A stretch of DNA of 64,000 bases, taken from an uncultured Hyphomicrobiales bacterium. Its GTDB lineage: Bacteria > Pseudomonadota > Alphaproteobacteria > Rhodospirillales > 2-12-FULL-67-15. The position numbers and the translations under genes were made by a program. Numbering within the stretch: position 1 is the first letter of the stretch; each line of letters opens with the position of its first letter. Location: contig CAYPQV010000001.1 in the NCBI GenBank assembly GCA_964412955.1, forward strand, positions 138,635 to 202,634, in the 5' to 3' direction. The notes below the pieces were generated by a model that was not told the origin of the DNA, made no database searches, and saw only the letters and a list, made by a program, of their open reading frames with translations. Of this stretch, positions 12,861 to 22,010 are shown piece by piece.

Positions 12861-15155
12861 ATGGCGGCGGAAATCGGATCATTCGGCTATCGGCGGCGGC
12901 TGGCCGGCATTTTTCCGTTTCTGGAATGGCTGCCGCTCGTCAGCCGCCGCACCCTGACGGCGGACCTGAGCGCCGGCCTGACCGGCGCGATCGTCGTCCT
13001 GCCCCAGGGCGTCGCGTTCGCCACCATCGCCGGCATGCCGCCCGAATACGGGCTCTACGCCGGGATCGTCCCGGCCATCGTCGCGGCGATGTTCGGCTCC
13101 TCCTGGCACCTGGTGTCGGGGCCGACCACGGCGGCCTCGATCGTCCTCTATTCGTCGCTCAGCGTCATGGCCACCCCGGGCACGGCGGAGTACGTGCAGC
13201 TGGCGATCACGCTCGCCTTCATGGTCGGCGTGATCGAAATCGTCATGGGCGTGTTCCGGCTCGGCACGCTGGTCAATTTCATTTCCCATTCGGTGGTGAT
13301 CGGCTTCACCGCCGGCGCCGGCATCCTGATCGCCGCCAACCAGGCCAAGCATTTCTTCGGTCTGCCGATCCCGCAGGGCGCGACGTTCCACGACGTCGCG
13401 ATCTACCTGTACGAACACATCGGCGACAGCTCCCCGACGGTGACGGCCGTCAGCCTCACGACGCTGCTGACGGGGATCGTCGCGCGGCGGCTGATTCCCC
13501 GCGTGCCTTACATGCTGGTGGCGATCGTCGCCGGCAGCCTGGTCGGGGTGGGATTCGAGTTCGGGTTGGGCGCGGATATCCCGATGGTCGGCGCGCTGCC
13601 CTCGCACCTGCCGCCGTTGTCGATGCCGGATTTCTCGATGCAGAAGATGCGCGACCTCTCGCCGATCGCGCTCGCGGTCACCCTGTTCGCGCTGACCGAG
13701 GCGATTTCGATCTCGCGCGCGCTCGCGGTGCGCAGCGGCCAGCACATCAGCAGCAACCAGGAATTCATCGGCCAGGGACTCTCCAACGTCGCCGGCAGCT
13801 TCTTCTCGGCCTACGTGGCGACCGGCTCGTTCAACCGCAGCGGCCTCAACTACGACGCGGGCGCGCGCACGCCGCTGGCGGCGATGATCGGCGGAGTCGC
13901 GCTGCTCGTCATCGTCGTCCTGGTCGCGCCGCTGGTCGCGTACCTGCCCGACGCGGCGATGGCGGGAATCCTCTTTCTCGTCGCCTGGGGGCTGATCGAC
14001 TTCAAGCACATCGCCCAGATCGCCCGCGCCAGCCGCTCGGAAACCGCCGTGCTCGCGGTCACGTTCGTCGCCACCCTCGTCTTCCCGCTCGAATTCGCCA
14101 TTCTCGCGGGCGTGCTGCTGTCGCTGCTGCTCTACCTCAACCGCACTTCGCACCCGTCCATCCTGTCGCGCGTGCCCGACCCGGCGGCGGGGGGACGCAA
14201 GTTCACCTCCGCTCACCAGCTGCCCGAATGCCCGCAGGTCAAGATCCTGCGCATCGACGGCGAACTATTTTTCGGCGCGGTCAACTATTTCCAGGAAACC
14301 CTGCGCGCCTACGAACGCAAGAGCCCTGAGCAGAAACACGTCGCGTTGTTCATGAGGGGGGTCAACTTCACCGACGTCGCCGGCGCCGAGGCGTTGGCCC
14401 AAGCGGCGCGCCGGCAACGGGAACGCGGCGGCGGGCTTTACCTGATCAACACCAAGGAAGCGGTTTTGTCCCGCCTGCGCCGCGGCCGCTACATCGACGA
14501 GATCGGCGCCGAGAACATCTTTGTCTCGAAAACCAAGGCGTTCGCGACGATCTACCGCCGCCTCGACCCGCCCACATGCCAGGCCTGCCGCGCGCGCATC
14601 TTCAGGGAATGCGTGGACGAATACGGCAAGCCCGAACCGCTGCCCGAGGCGCCGCGCACCTTCCCCGAGATCGCCGAGGGCAAGGCGCCGAAGCGCATTC
14701 TCGCGGTGCCCGCCCTCGATTTGGGCGACCACGCGCTCGCCGAATACGCGTGGGCGCTGGCGCAGGCGCGCGACGCCAAGCTCGCGTTCGGCCACGTCGC
14801 CGAATGGGAGCCGGGACTCGGGTTCGAAAGCTATCTCACCCCGGCCGAAGTCGAAAAAAAGCTGGGGGAGATCGTGCGCCGCAAGCTTGCCGATCTGGCC
14901 GACGAGGTCGGCGCGACCGACGTCGAAACCCTGGTCGCGTTCCCCGGCGGGGATCGCGGCATCGCCGATTTGGCGCGCGACTGGAAACCCGACCTGGTGA
15001 TCGTGCCGTCGAACAAGAGCCACGACCTTTCGGGCGGCGGCCGCCTGGTGGTGCGCGACTGGGAATGCGACGCGGTCATCTTCCGGGTGCCGTGGTTCGG
15101 CGCCCTCGGCCGCGCGGTGAAATCCTTGTGGGCCGATCCCGGCGAGGCGCGCTGA
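12861..15155 (+). CDS. SulP family anion permease with STAS domain and a C-terminal USP-like extension
   Basis: The N-terminus 'DLSAGLTGAIVVLPQGVAFATIAGMPPEYGLY' is the SulP signature. The middle segment 'VKILRIDGELFFGAVNYF...FTDVAGAEAL' is STAS-like. The last ~200 aa form an alpha/beta segment ('ILAVPALDLGDHALAEYAW...DLVIVPS...') resembling a degenerate universal stress protein domain. The SD GGAGG lies at 12850-12854. Confidence 0.85.
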   Translation: MAAEIGSFGYRRRLAGIFPFLEWLPLVSRRTLTADLSAGLTGAIVVLPQGVAFATIAGMPPEYGLYAGIVPAIVAAMFGSSWHLVSGPTTAASIVLYSSLSVMATPGTAEYVQLAITLAFMVGVIEIVMGVFRLGTLVNFISHSVVIGFTAGAGILIAANQAKHFFGLPIPQGATFHDVAIYLYEHIGDSSPTVTAVSLTTLLTGIVARRLIPRVPYMLVAIVAGSLVGVGFEFGLGADIPMVGALPSHLPPLSMPDFSMQKMRDLSPIALAVTLFALTEAISISRALAVRSGQHISSNQEFIGQGLSNVAGSFFSAYVATGSFNRSGLNYDAGARTPLAAMIGGVALLVIVVLVAPLVAYLPDAAMAGILFLVAWGLIDFKHIAQIARASRSETAVLAVTFVATLVFPLEFAILAGVLLSLLLYLNRTSHPSILSRVPDPAAGGRKFTSAHQLPECPQVKILRIDGELFFGAVNYFQETLRAYERKSPEQKHVALFMRGVNFTDVAGAEALAQAARRQRERGGGLYLINTKEAVLSRLRRGRYIDEIGAENIFVSKTKAFATIYRRLDPPTCQACRARIFRECVDEYGKPEPLPEAPRTFPEIAEGKAPKRILAVPALDLGDHALAEYAWALAQARDAKLAFGHVAEWEPGLGFESYLTPAEVEKKLGEIVRRKLADLADEVGATDVETLVAFPGGDRGIADLARDWKPDLVIVPSNKSHDLSGGGRLVVRDWECDAVIFRVPWFGALGRAVKSLWADPGEAR

Positions 15156-15165
15156 CGGCGAAATG

Positions 15166-15196
15166 AAAAAGGGCCGCGAGTGTCCTCGCGGCCCTT
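15166..15196 (-). terminator. Intrinsic terminator of rpsD (also closes the convergent SulP gene)
   Basis: A perfect 10-bp stem GGGCCGCGAG/CTCGCGGCCC (15171-15180 and 15185-15194) with a TGTC loop. On the minus strand it is followed by TTTTT (complement of 15166-15170). Confidence 0.65.
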
Positions 15197-15218
15197 CGGC
15201 GTTCGGCGGAGGGGGCGA

Positions 15219-15836
15219 TCAGCGCGAGTAGAATTCGACCACCAGGTTCGGCTCCATCTGCACCGGGTACGGCACGTCGCCGAGCTTGGGCGTGCGCACG
15301 AAGGTGCCTTTCATCGCGGAATGATCGACCTGGAGGTAATCGGGCACGTCGCGTTCGGCGAGCTGGACGGCCGCCAGCACCGAGGCGAGCTGCTTCGACG
15401 ATTCCTTCAGTTCGATGGTGTCGCCGTCCTTGACCAGGTAGGACGGGATGTTGACCCGACGGCCGTTGACCTTGACGTGGCCGTGGTTGACGAACTGGCG
15501 CGCGGCGAAAACGGTGGGAACGAACTTCATCCGGTAGACGACCGCGTCCAGGCGCCGCTCCAGGAGCCCGATCAGGTGTTCGGAGGTGTCGCCCTTCCGG
15601 CGCGCGGCTTCGGCGTAGTAGCGGCGGAACTGGCGTTCGCCGATGTTGCCGTAATAGCCCTTGAGCTTCTGCTTGGCGCGCAGCTGGGTGCCGAAGTCCG
15701 ACGGCTTGCGGCCGCGCCGCTGCCCGTGCTGGCCGGGACCGTATTCGCGGACGTTGAGGGGGCTCTTCGGCCGGCCCCAGAGGTTGGCGTTGAGCCGGCG
15801 ATTGATCTTGTACTTGGACTCGGTGCGTTTGGTCAT
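15219..15836 (-). CDS. rpsD: 30S ribosomal protein S4
   Basis: '[15 protein letters not shown]...[12 protein letters not shown]...[11 protein letters not shown]...[22 protein letters not shown]'. 205 aa. Confidence 0.97.
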   Translation of the reverse strand: MTKRTESKYKINRRLNANLWGRPKSPLNVREYGPGQHGQRRGRKPSDFGTQLRAKQKLKGYYGNIGERQFRRYYAEAARRKGDTSEHLIGLLERRLDAVVYRMKFVPTVFAARQFVNHGHVKVNGRRVNIPSYLVKDGDTIELKESSKQLASVLAAVQLAERDVPDYLQVDHSAMKGTFVRTPKLGDVPYPVQMEPNLVVEFYSR

Positions 15837-15953
15837 GTGGCTCGGTTTCCCGTTGGTTGTTGTCCCGATAGGCCCCGGCGGAAAATCCCCGGCCGGGGCG
15901 TGGTCGCGGCCCACGAAGGGCCGGACCCGCGTTCTCGGAAATCAAGGGGCGGC

Positions 15954-15981
15954 AGTATAGGCGCGCGCGCGCGCCTGTCAA
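15954..15981 (-). promoter_or_regulatory. Putative sigma70-type promoter of rpsD
   Basis: The minus strand reads TTGACA (15976-15981), then a 16-nt spacer GGCGCGCGCGCGCGCC, then TATACT (15954-15959). It lies about 118 nt upstream of the rpsD ATG. Confidence 0.5.
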
Positions 15982-16002
15982 ACGGCGCAACCCTCTGGAA
16001 TC

Positions 16003-16566
16003 TCAAGCCGATTCCAGCTCGCTGTCCCAATAGAGGAAGTCGCGCCAGCTTTCGTGCAGGTAGTTGGGGGGGAACCCCCGGCCGTTTTCCTGCAACTCGA
16101 CGTTGGTCGGCGCGTAGGGCCTGCGCCGGAGCGCGAGCCCGGCCTCGTTCGGCAGGCGGCGGCCCTTGGTCATGTTGCACGGTTCGCACGCGGTCACCAC
16201 GTTCGACCAGACCGTGCGGCCGCCGCGCGAGCGCGGCACCACGTGGTCGAAGGTCAGGTGTTCGGTCGGAAAATTGCCGCCGCAGTACTGGCAGCGGAAC
16301 CGGTCGCGCAGGAACACGTTGAACCGGGTGAACGCCGGCCGGCGCGAGACGGGTACGAATTCCTTGAGCGCGATCACGCTCGGCAACTGGATGCGCGCGC
16401 TCGGGCTACGCACGACGCGATCGTATTCCGAAATCACGCTGACGCGGTCGAGGAACACCGCCTTGACCGAATCCTGCCACGACCACAACGACAGCGGAAA
16501 ATAGCTGAGCGGCCGGAAGTCGGCGTTCAATACCAAGGCCGGAAAGCTGTTGACGGCGATACTCAC
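16003..16566 (-). CDS. HNH endonuclease family protein
   Basis: 'RCQYCGG...LTFDHVVPRSRGG...WSNVVTACEPCNMTKG' is a classical HNH/Cys-box motif. GTG start. Confidence 0.85.
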   Translation of the reverse strand: MSIAVNSFPALVLNADFRPLSYFPLSLWSWQDSVKAVFLDRVSVISEYDRVVRSPSARIQLPSVIALKEFVPVSRRPAFTRFNVFLRDRFRCQYCGGNFPTEHLTFDHVVPRSRGGRTVWSNVVTACEPCNMTKGRRLPNEAGLALRRRPYAPTNVELQENGRGFPPNYLHESWRDFLYWDSELESA

Positions 16567-16638
16567 GTCGCACTCCCGCTCAGCGTCCGGCGCATACTAC
16601 AGGATGGCGGGACGGTTGCAAATCTGAGCGGCGACGGC

Positions 16639-17310
16639 TTACCGGCCGCCCGGGCGGAGGGTTTCCCGCAGGAATTCCTGGGCGAGTTTGATCCCTTCCT
16701 CGTCGATGCCGTGGGCCAGCCCGGGGCGCGTGTGGGCGCGCACCGGAACCTTGTGCGATTCGAGTTCCTGTTTGGCCTGGTCGAGGGATTGCACCGGGAG
16801 AATGGCGTCGGCGTCGCCGTGGACCAGCAGCACCGGCGGGCGGGCGCGCAGTTCGGTCGCGAGCGATTCGGCGCCGATCAGCATGCCTGAAAAGCCGACG
16901 ATTCCGGCCAAGGCCTTGGCGCGGCGGAGCCCGACGTAGAGCGCTATCATGGTTCCCTGCGAAAAGCCGATCAGGGCCATGTCCTTTTCTTCGAGCCCGA
17001 ACACCGCGAGCAGATGATCGATGAAATGGTCGAGAATCGGCGCCGCCGCCCGGGTGCCCTTGAGCCGCGCCTCGGGCCCGAAATCGCTGAGGCTGAACCA
17101 CTGGTAGCCGAAGGGCGCCATGTCGAACGGGTGCGGCGCGTTGGGGGAAAAGAACGCGGCTTCCGGCAGCACCTGCTGAAAGAACGGCGCGAGCCCGATC
17201 AGGTCGTTGCCGTCGGCGCCGACGCCGTGCAGCAGCAGCACGATTTGGCGCGGCGGCCCGCCGGCGGCGGGCGGCAACGTCGGACCGGTGAGCAGGGGAA
17301 GCTCGGACAT
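16639..17310 (-). CDS. Alpha/beta hydrolase (phospholipase/carboxylesterase family)
   Basis: 'VLLLHGVGADGNDL', nucleophile elbow 'GFSQGTM', 'LLVHGDADAILP' and 'GLAHGID'. Confidence 0.85.
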   Translation of the reverse strand: MSELPLLTGPTLPPAAGGPPRQIVLLLHGVGADGNDLIGLAPFFQQVLPEAAFFSPNAPHPFDMAPFGYQWFSLSDFGPEARLKGTRAAAPILDHFIDHLLAVFGLEEKDMALIGFSQGTMIALYVGLRRAKALAGIVGFSGMLIGAESLATELRARPPVLLVHGDADAILPVQSLDQAKQELESHKVPVRAHTRPGLAHGIDEEGIKLAQEFLRETLRPGGR

Positions 17311-17358
17311 GAATCAAGTGGTAGCCAATCCGGCGGGATTCTGCCATCCCTTCCGGTA

Positions 17359-17628
17359 AGAGCCTATCTCGGGTAGATGGAACAGGCTGCGCCGGAGGGA
17401 TTTTTCGGCGCGGGCAGGAGAAGGGCGTAGCGCGTAGCGGTGCCTACGAGCAAGCCCTGCGACGAACCCGCGCCGAAAAAGCCCCCGGCCCTTCGGGTTG
17501 TGCCGTGGCGGGCACCCGCTTCGTTGCGTCGCTCGGTCGATAGCACCGCATCGTCCTTCGCGCCGCGCCTAGCGGATCGCCGCGCCACGGCGCAACGCAG
17601 CCGGCTCCATCTACCCGAGATAGGCTCT
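17359..17628. repeat. 270-bp element with perfect 23-bp terminal inverted repeats and nested internal hairpins (MITE-like or structured RNA)
   Basis: AGAGCCTATCTCGGGTAGATGGA (17359-17381) is the exact reverse complement of 17606-17628. The pairing extends with GGCTGCG (17385-17391) against CGCAGCC (17596-17602). There is an internal 14-bp stem TTTTTCGGCGCGGG (17401-17414) against CCCGCGCCGAAAAA (17467-17480). No credible ORF lies inside. Confidence 0.6.
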
Positions 17629-17635
17629 AGGAATC

Positions 17636-18472
17636 ATGACGGTCGTCACCCGATTCGCGCCGAGCCCGACGGGGCTTTTGCACCTCGGCCACGCGTTCGC
17701 CGCCCTGTTCGCCGAGGCGCGCGCGCGCGAGGCGGGCGGGCGGTTCCTGCTCAGGATCGAGGACATCGATCCGACCCGCTGCCGGCCCGAATTCGACGCG
17801 GCGTTGCTGGAAGACCTCGCCTGGCTCGGGCTGTCCTGGGAAGAGCCGGTCCGGCGGCAATCCGAGCACATGGACGACTACCGCGCCGCGCTCGCCCGCC
17901 TCGGATCGCAAGGGCTGGTTTATCCCTGCTTCTGCACCCGGCGCGAGATCGCGGCGGAAATCGCCGCCGCCGCCGCCGCCCCGCATGGTCCCGACGGACC
18001 GATCTATCCCGGCACCTGCCGCACGTTGGGCGAAACGGAGCGGCGCGAACGGATTGCGGCCGGAGTTCTCCATGCGCTCCGACTCGACACGGCCGAGGCG
18101 TCGCGCCGCGCGGGGCGCCTATCCTGGACCGACCGCGAAGGCGGGCCACAGGACGCGCGCCCCGAAATGTTCGGCGACGTGGTGCTGGCGCGCAAGGACA
18201 CGCCCGCCAGCTATCACCTCGCCGTCACCGTCGACGACGCCCTGCAGGGCGTGACCCTGGTGACCCGGGGCGAGGACCTGTTCGCCGCCACCCACGTGCA
18301 CCGGCTGTTGCAGGCGCTGCTCGGGCTGCCGACGCCCACCTATCTCCACCACCGGCTGCTGGTCGGCCCCGAGGGACAACGCTTCGCCAAGCGCGACCGG
18401 GCGCTCACCCTCCGGAGCTTGCGCGAAGCGGGCCGCGCGCCGGCGGAGGTGCGGGCGCTGGCGGGATTTTAG
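17636..18472 (+). CDS. gluQ: Glutamyl-Q tRNA(Asp) synthetase
   Basis: 'RFAPSPTGLLHLGHAFAALF' (HIGH-type motif) and 'LLRIEDID'. It is a truncated GluRS-like protein of 278 aa with no anticodon-binding domain, and ends 'RFAKRD'. Confidence 0.9.
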   Translation: MTVVTRFAPSPTGLLHLGHAFAALFAEARAREAGGRFLLRIEDIDPTRCRPEFDAALLEDLAWLGLSWEEPVRRQSEHMDDYRAALARLGSQGLVYPCFCTRREIAAEIAAAAAAPHGPDGPIYPGTCRTLGETERRERIAAGVLHALRLDTAEASRRAGRLSWTDREGGPQDARPEMFGDVVLARKDTPASYHLAVTVDDALQGVTLVTRGEDLFAATHVHRLLQALLGLPTPTYLHHRLLVGPEGQRFAKRDRALTLRSLREAGRAPAEVRALAGF

Positions 18473-19263
18473 AATTTCGGCGTGAACTGCTCGGGATGGC
18501 TCGCGTCGATCATCGGGCCGTCCTTGAAGCGCAGCCAGCCGCGCACCTCGACCCGTTCGCCCTTGAACGCCAGCGGATCGATTCCGGCCGCGCGGAAGCT
18601 CTTGAGCGCCGCGCCGTCGAGCCGGACGGTGAAATCGGTCCGCCAATCGGGACCGAAATTGAGGAACACCGTGCCCTTGACCTTGACCGCGTCGAGCACG
18701 GTCCCGGCCACGATCTGGAAGGTGTCGAGATCGCCCTTGAGCCCCTCGGGCGCGCGCACCGCGTAGAACGGATGCGCCCAGATGCCGCGCCGCGCCGCGC
18801 GCGCCTCGGATTCCAAGGCGTACATCTCGGCGGCCAGCGCGCGGTTGTCGGGAAACGTGTAGACCCGGGCCTGGCCCCGGCGCAGCATTTCGCCCTGCAC
18901 CCACAGGCCGTCGGCGCGGTAGAGGTGTGCCAGCACGCGGCCGTGTCGGTCGCGATTGGCGCCGCCGTGGCGAAGGGTCACGCGCTGGCCGACCGCCAAC
19001 GCCGTGACGGCGCGTTTCGATTCTTCCGCCAGGGGCCAATCCTTGAAGTTCCTGCGGCCGAGGGCGAGCTTCGGCGCCTGCAGGCCGACCAGGCGCACCT
19101 CGCGCCCGTCGGCGAGAAGAACCGTGTCGCCGTCCACCGCCTCGCGCACGATTCCCTCGCCGCCCGCGACCAAGCCTTCGTTGGCATGGACGCCGGCAAA
19201 GGCGAACATCGCCGGAAACGCGGCGAGAACGGCAACGAACGCGAATAACCATCGTCGCGGCAT
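18469..19263 (-). CDS. Secreted thermonuclease (SNase) family protein
   Basis: The signal-like N-terminus is 'MPRRWLFAFVAVLAAFPAMFAFAG'. 'VDGDTVLLADGREVRLVGLQAP' and 'DRHGRVLAHLY...EARAARRGIW' match the staphylococcal nuclease fold. The start is chosen at the ATG at 19263. Confidence 0.8.
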   Translation of the reverse strand: MPRRWLFAFVAVLAAFPAMFAFAGVHANEGLVAGGEGIVREAVDGDTVLLADGREVRLVGLQAPKLALGRRNFKDWPLAEESKRAVTALAVGQRVTLRHGGANRDRHGRVLAHLYRADGLWVQGEMLRRGQARVYTFPDNRALAAEMYALESEARAARRGIWAHPFYAVRAPEGLKGDLDTFQIVAGTVLDAVKVKGTVFLNFGPDWRTDFTVRLDGAALKSFRAAGIDPLAFKGERVEVRGWLRFKDGPMIDASHPEQFTPKF

Positions 19264-19440
19264 GGTCGGATCGTAGCGTTCCCCGGCCGGAGCGCAACAC
19301 GGCAGGCGTAACCAAACGCTAACCATCGACGGCGATTTTCATGGATCGATTCCATGATTCCGCCATAATCCCGGGCCATTATCGGGTTCGCGGCGCGCGG
19401 GCTGTCGCCCACCGTCGTCGCCCATCGCTTCGTTGTCGCC

Positions 19441-20469
19441 ATGTCCGTTCCGTTGCATTTCCCTCTTTCGATCCTGCTCGCGGCGCTGCTGATCGCGCCC
19501 GGCTTTGCGCGCGCGCAGATGGAGATTCCGAGCGGCACCTGGACGCTGCTGATGGAAAACGACCGCTTCGCCGACACCGACCGGCATTACACCCACGGCA
19601 CCCGGCTCGCCTGGGTATCGGACAAGACCGGCACCGGACCGGGCTGGGTGCGCGACCTGTTGGGCCGGGCCTACCCCTTCGCCGACGTGCGCGGCGGCCG
19701 GATCGGCTTCGCGCTCGGCCAGAACATCTACACGCCCGAAAATATTTCGCGCAGCGACCTGATCGCCGACGACCGGCCCTACGCCGGTTGGCTGTACGGC
19801 GCGGCTTCCGTGCACGCCGAAACCCGGCAGAACTTCCTCGGCCGGAAACTCGACGTGCTCGATACGGTCGAAATGCAACTCGGGATGATCGGGCCGCCGG
19901 CGCTCGCCGAGTCGACCCAGAAAACGGTGCACGAACTGATCGACACCACCCGTCCGCGCGGCTGGGCTCACCAGCTCGATACCGAGCCGGGCCTTGCGCT
20001 GATCGCCGAGCGCAAATGGCGCACGCCGGAAACGAAACTCGGCGCGGGCGGAATCGCGTTCGACGTGCTTCCCCATCTCGGCGCGGCGCTCGGCAACGTC
20101 TATACCCACGTCAACGCCGGGGCGATGGCGCGCATCGGGCGCAACCTTTCCTTCGATTACGGCCCGCCCCAGATCCAGCCGGCGCTGTCGGGGCTGGAGG
20201 CGATCGATTCGGGAGGCGAGCTCGGCTGGTACCTGTTCGCGGGCGTCGAGGGCCGCGCGGTCGGGCGCAACATCTTTCTCGACGGCAACACGTTTTCCGA
20301 CAGCCATCACGTCGACAAGCGCACCCTGGTCGGCGACTTCCAGGTCGGCGCCGCGCTCATCGCCGGGCGCTATCGCCTCGCTTTCACCCACGTATTCCGG
20401 ACCCGGGAGTTCGCAGGCCAAGGCGAGCCGGATCGGTTCGGCGCCGTCAGCATCTCCGCCCGATTCTGA
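19441..20469 (+). CDS. Outer-membrane lipid A deacylase LpxR family (DUF2219) protein
   Basis: A signal peptide is followed by 'LLMENDRFADTDRHYTHGTRLAW' and glycine/aromatic-rich beta-barrel-like repeats. The family assignment is from memory of the DUF2219 N-terminal motif. Confidence 0.65.
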   Translation: MSVPLHFPLSILLAALLIAPGFARAQMEIPSGTWTLLMENDRFADTDRHYTHGTRLAWVSDKTGTGPGWVRDLLGRAYPFADVRGGRIGFALGQNIYTPENISRSDLIADDRPYAGWLYGAASVHAETRQNFLGRKLDVLDTVEMQLGMIGPPALAESTQKTVHELIDTTRPRGWAHQLDTEPGLALIAERKWRTPETKLGAGGIAFDVLPHLGAALGNVYTHVNAGAMARIGRNLSFDYGPPQIQPALSGLEAIDSGGELGWYLFAGVEGRAVGRNIFLDGNTFSDSHHVDKRTLVGDFQVGAALIAGRYRLAFTHVFRTREFAGQGEPDRFGAVSISARF

Positions 20470-20506
20470 TTGCGCCGCGCCCGAGGGTGCGGATTAAATC
20501 GAGGCC

Positions 20507-21997
20507 ATGTCCATGTCGTTTCGCCGCATCGCCTCGGCCCTCGCCCTCGCCGGAGCCCTCGCGCCGCTCGCGGCCTGCACGGTCAATCCCGCGACCGGAC
20601 AGCAGAGCTTCACCGGCTTCATGTCGGAAAGCGAGGAACTGCGCGTCGGCGCCCAGGAGCATCCGAAAATCCTGCGCGAGTTCGGCGGCGCCTACGACAA
20701 TCCGGCGCTCGCCGAATACGTGCGGCGGGTCGGCGAATCGCTCGCGCGCGCGTCCGAGACGCCCAACTTGCGCTACACCTTCACCGTGCTCAATGACGAC
20801 AAGGTCAACGCCTTCGCGCTCCCCGGCGGTTACGTCTACATCACCCGCGGCCTGCTCGCGCTCGCCGAGAACGAGGCCGAAATGGCGGGCGTGCTCGCCC
20901 ACGAGATCGGCCACGTGGTCGCGCGCCACACCGCCCAGCGCTACAGCCAGGCGATGGCCGCCAACATCGGCCTGACCGTTCTCGGCGTGCTCGGCCAGGC
21001 CGCCGGGGTGCCGGGCGCCGCCTCCGACCTCGCGCAGTTCGGCGCCGCCGCCGCGCTGCAAAGCTATTCGCGCGAGCAGGAACTGGAATCGGACATGCTG
21101 GCGGTCCGCTACATGACCCGGGTCGGCTACGCGCCCGGGGCCATGAACAGCTTCTTCCGCAAGATGGAGGCCAACGACCGCCTGCTGGCCGAGCTGGAAG
21201 GGCGGCCCGGCGGCGACGATCGTTACAACATCATGTCGACGCACCCGCGCACCGCGCAGCGCATCGACCAGGCGATCGCCCTGGCCCAGGTCAACTCGGC
21301 GTCCGGTCTCCGTTACGAACGCAAGGCCTTCCTTGAGCGCATCGACGGCATGACCTTCGGCGACGACCCCCGCCAGGGAATCCGGCGCGGGCGCGAATTC
21401 ATCCATCCCGAGCTGCGCTTCCGTTTCACCGTGCCGCAGGGGTTCGCGTTGTTCAACTCGCCGCGCCAGGTGATCGCGCGCGGGCCGGAAAAATCCCTGA
21501 TCGTTTTCGATATGGAATCGGAAGCCAAGGCCCGCGCCGCCGGATCGCTGGAGCGCTACCTGGCCCGCGATTGGGGCGCGCGATTCGCGCTGCGCGACGT
21601 CGAAGCGATCGCCGTCAACGGCCTTTCCGGCGCGACCGGCTGGACGCGGGTGCAAACCCGGAGCGGCACGATGGATGTGCGCCTGGTGGCGATGCGCGCG
21701 GATACGGCTAAAATCTACCGCATGGTGTTCGTGACGCCGCCCCGGTTGACCGATTCGCTCCGCACCGAGTTGCAGCGCACCACCTATTCGTTTCGCCTGT
21801 TGACGCCGGCCGAGGCGGCGGGGGTCAAGCCGCTGCGCATCGCCCTGGTCGCCGCCAAGACGGGCGACACCGCCCAATCGCTCGCCGCGAAAATGCCGTT
21901 TCCCGACCACAAGCTCGAATGGTTCGAGACCTTGAACGGGCTCGCGCGCGGGCAACCGCTGGCGCCGGGCGAAACCTTCAAGACGGTCGTCGAATAG
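20507..21997 (+). CDS. M48 family metalloprotease (lipoprotein-type signal)
   Basis: The lipobox-like 'LAPLAAC' is followed by 'NAFALPGGYVYITRGL' and the zinc motif 'HEIGHVVARH'. Confidence 0.85.
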   Translation: MSMSFRRIASALALAGALAPLAACTVNPATGQQSFTGFMSESEELRVGAQEHPKILREFGGAYDNPALAEYVRRVGESLARASETPNLRYTFTVLNDDKVNAFALPGGYVYITRGLLALAENEAEMAGVLAHEIGHVVARHTAQRYSQAMAANIGLTVLGVLGQAAGVPGAASDLAQFGAAAALQSYSREQELESDMLAVRYMTRVGYAPGAMNSFFRKMEANDRLLAELEGRPGGDDRYNIMSTHPRTAQRIDQAIALAQVNSASGLRYERKAFLERIDGMTFGDDPRQGIRRGREFIHPELRFRFTVPQGFALFNSPRQVIARGPEKSLIVFDMESEAKARAAGSLERYLARDWGARFALRDVEAIAVNGLSGATGWTRVQTRSGTMDVRLVAMRADTAKIYRMVFVTPPRLTDSLRTELQRTTYSFRLLTPAEAAGVKPLRIALVAAKTGDTAQSLAAKMPFPDHKLEWFETLNGLARGQPLAPGETFKTVVE

Positions 21998-22010
21998 AGA
22001 AAGCCCCGAC

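Noticed and set aside
17364-17588. 74-aa minus-strand ORF and the start of the 602-aa plus-strand ORF (17440-19248) inside the inverted-repeat element
   Set aside because: There is no SD or coding periodicity and the translations are low-complexity. The 602-aa ORF is out of frame with gluQ and antisense to the nuclease gene. The region is better explained by nested RNA/DNA hairpins.
17357-17630. Target-site duplication flanking the 270-bp inverted-repeat element
   Set aside because: The flanking bases (..CCGGTA | element | AGGAAT..) show no convincing direct repeat, so mobility is unproven. I therefore call the element 'MITE-like' only.
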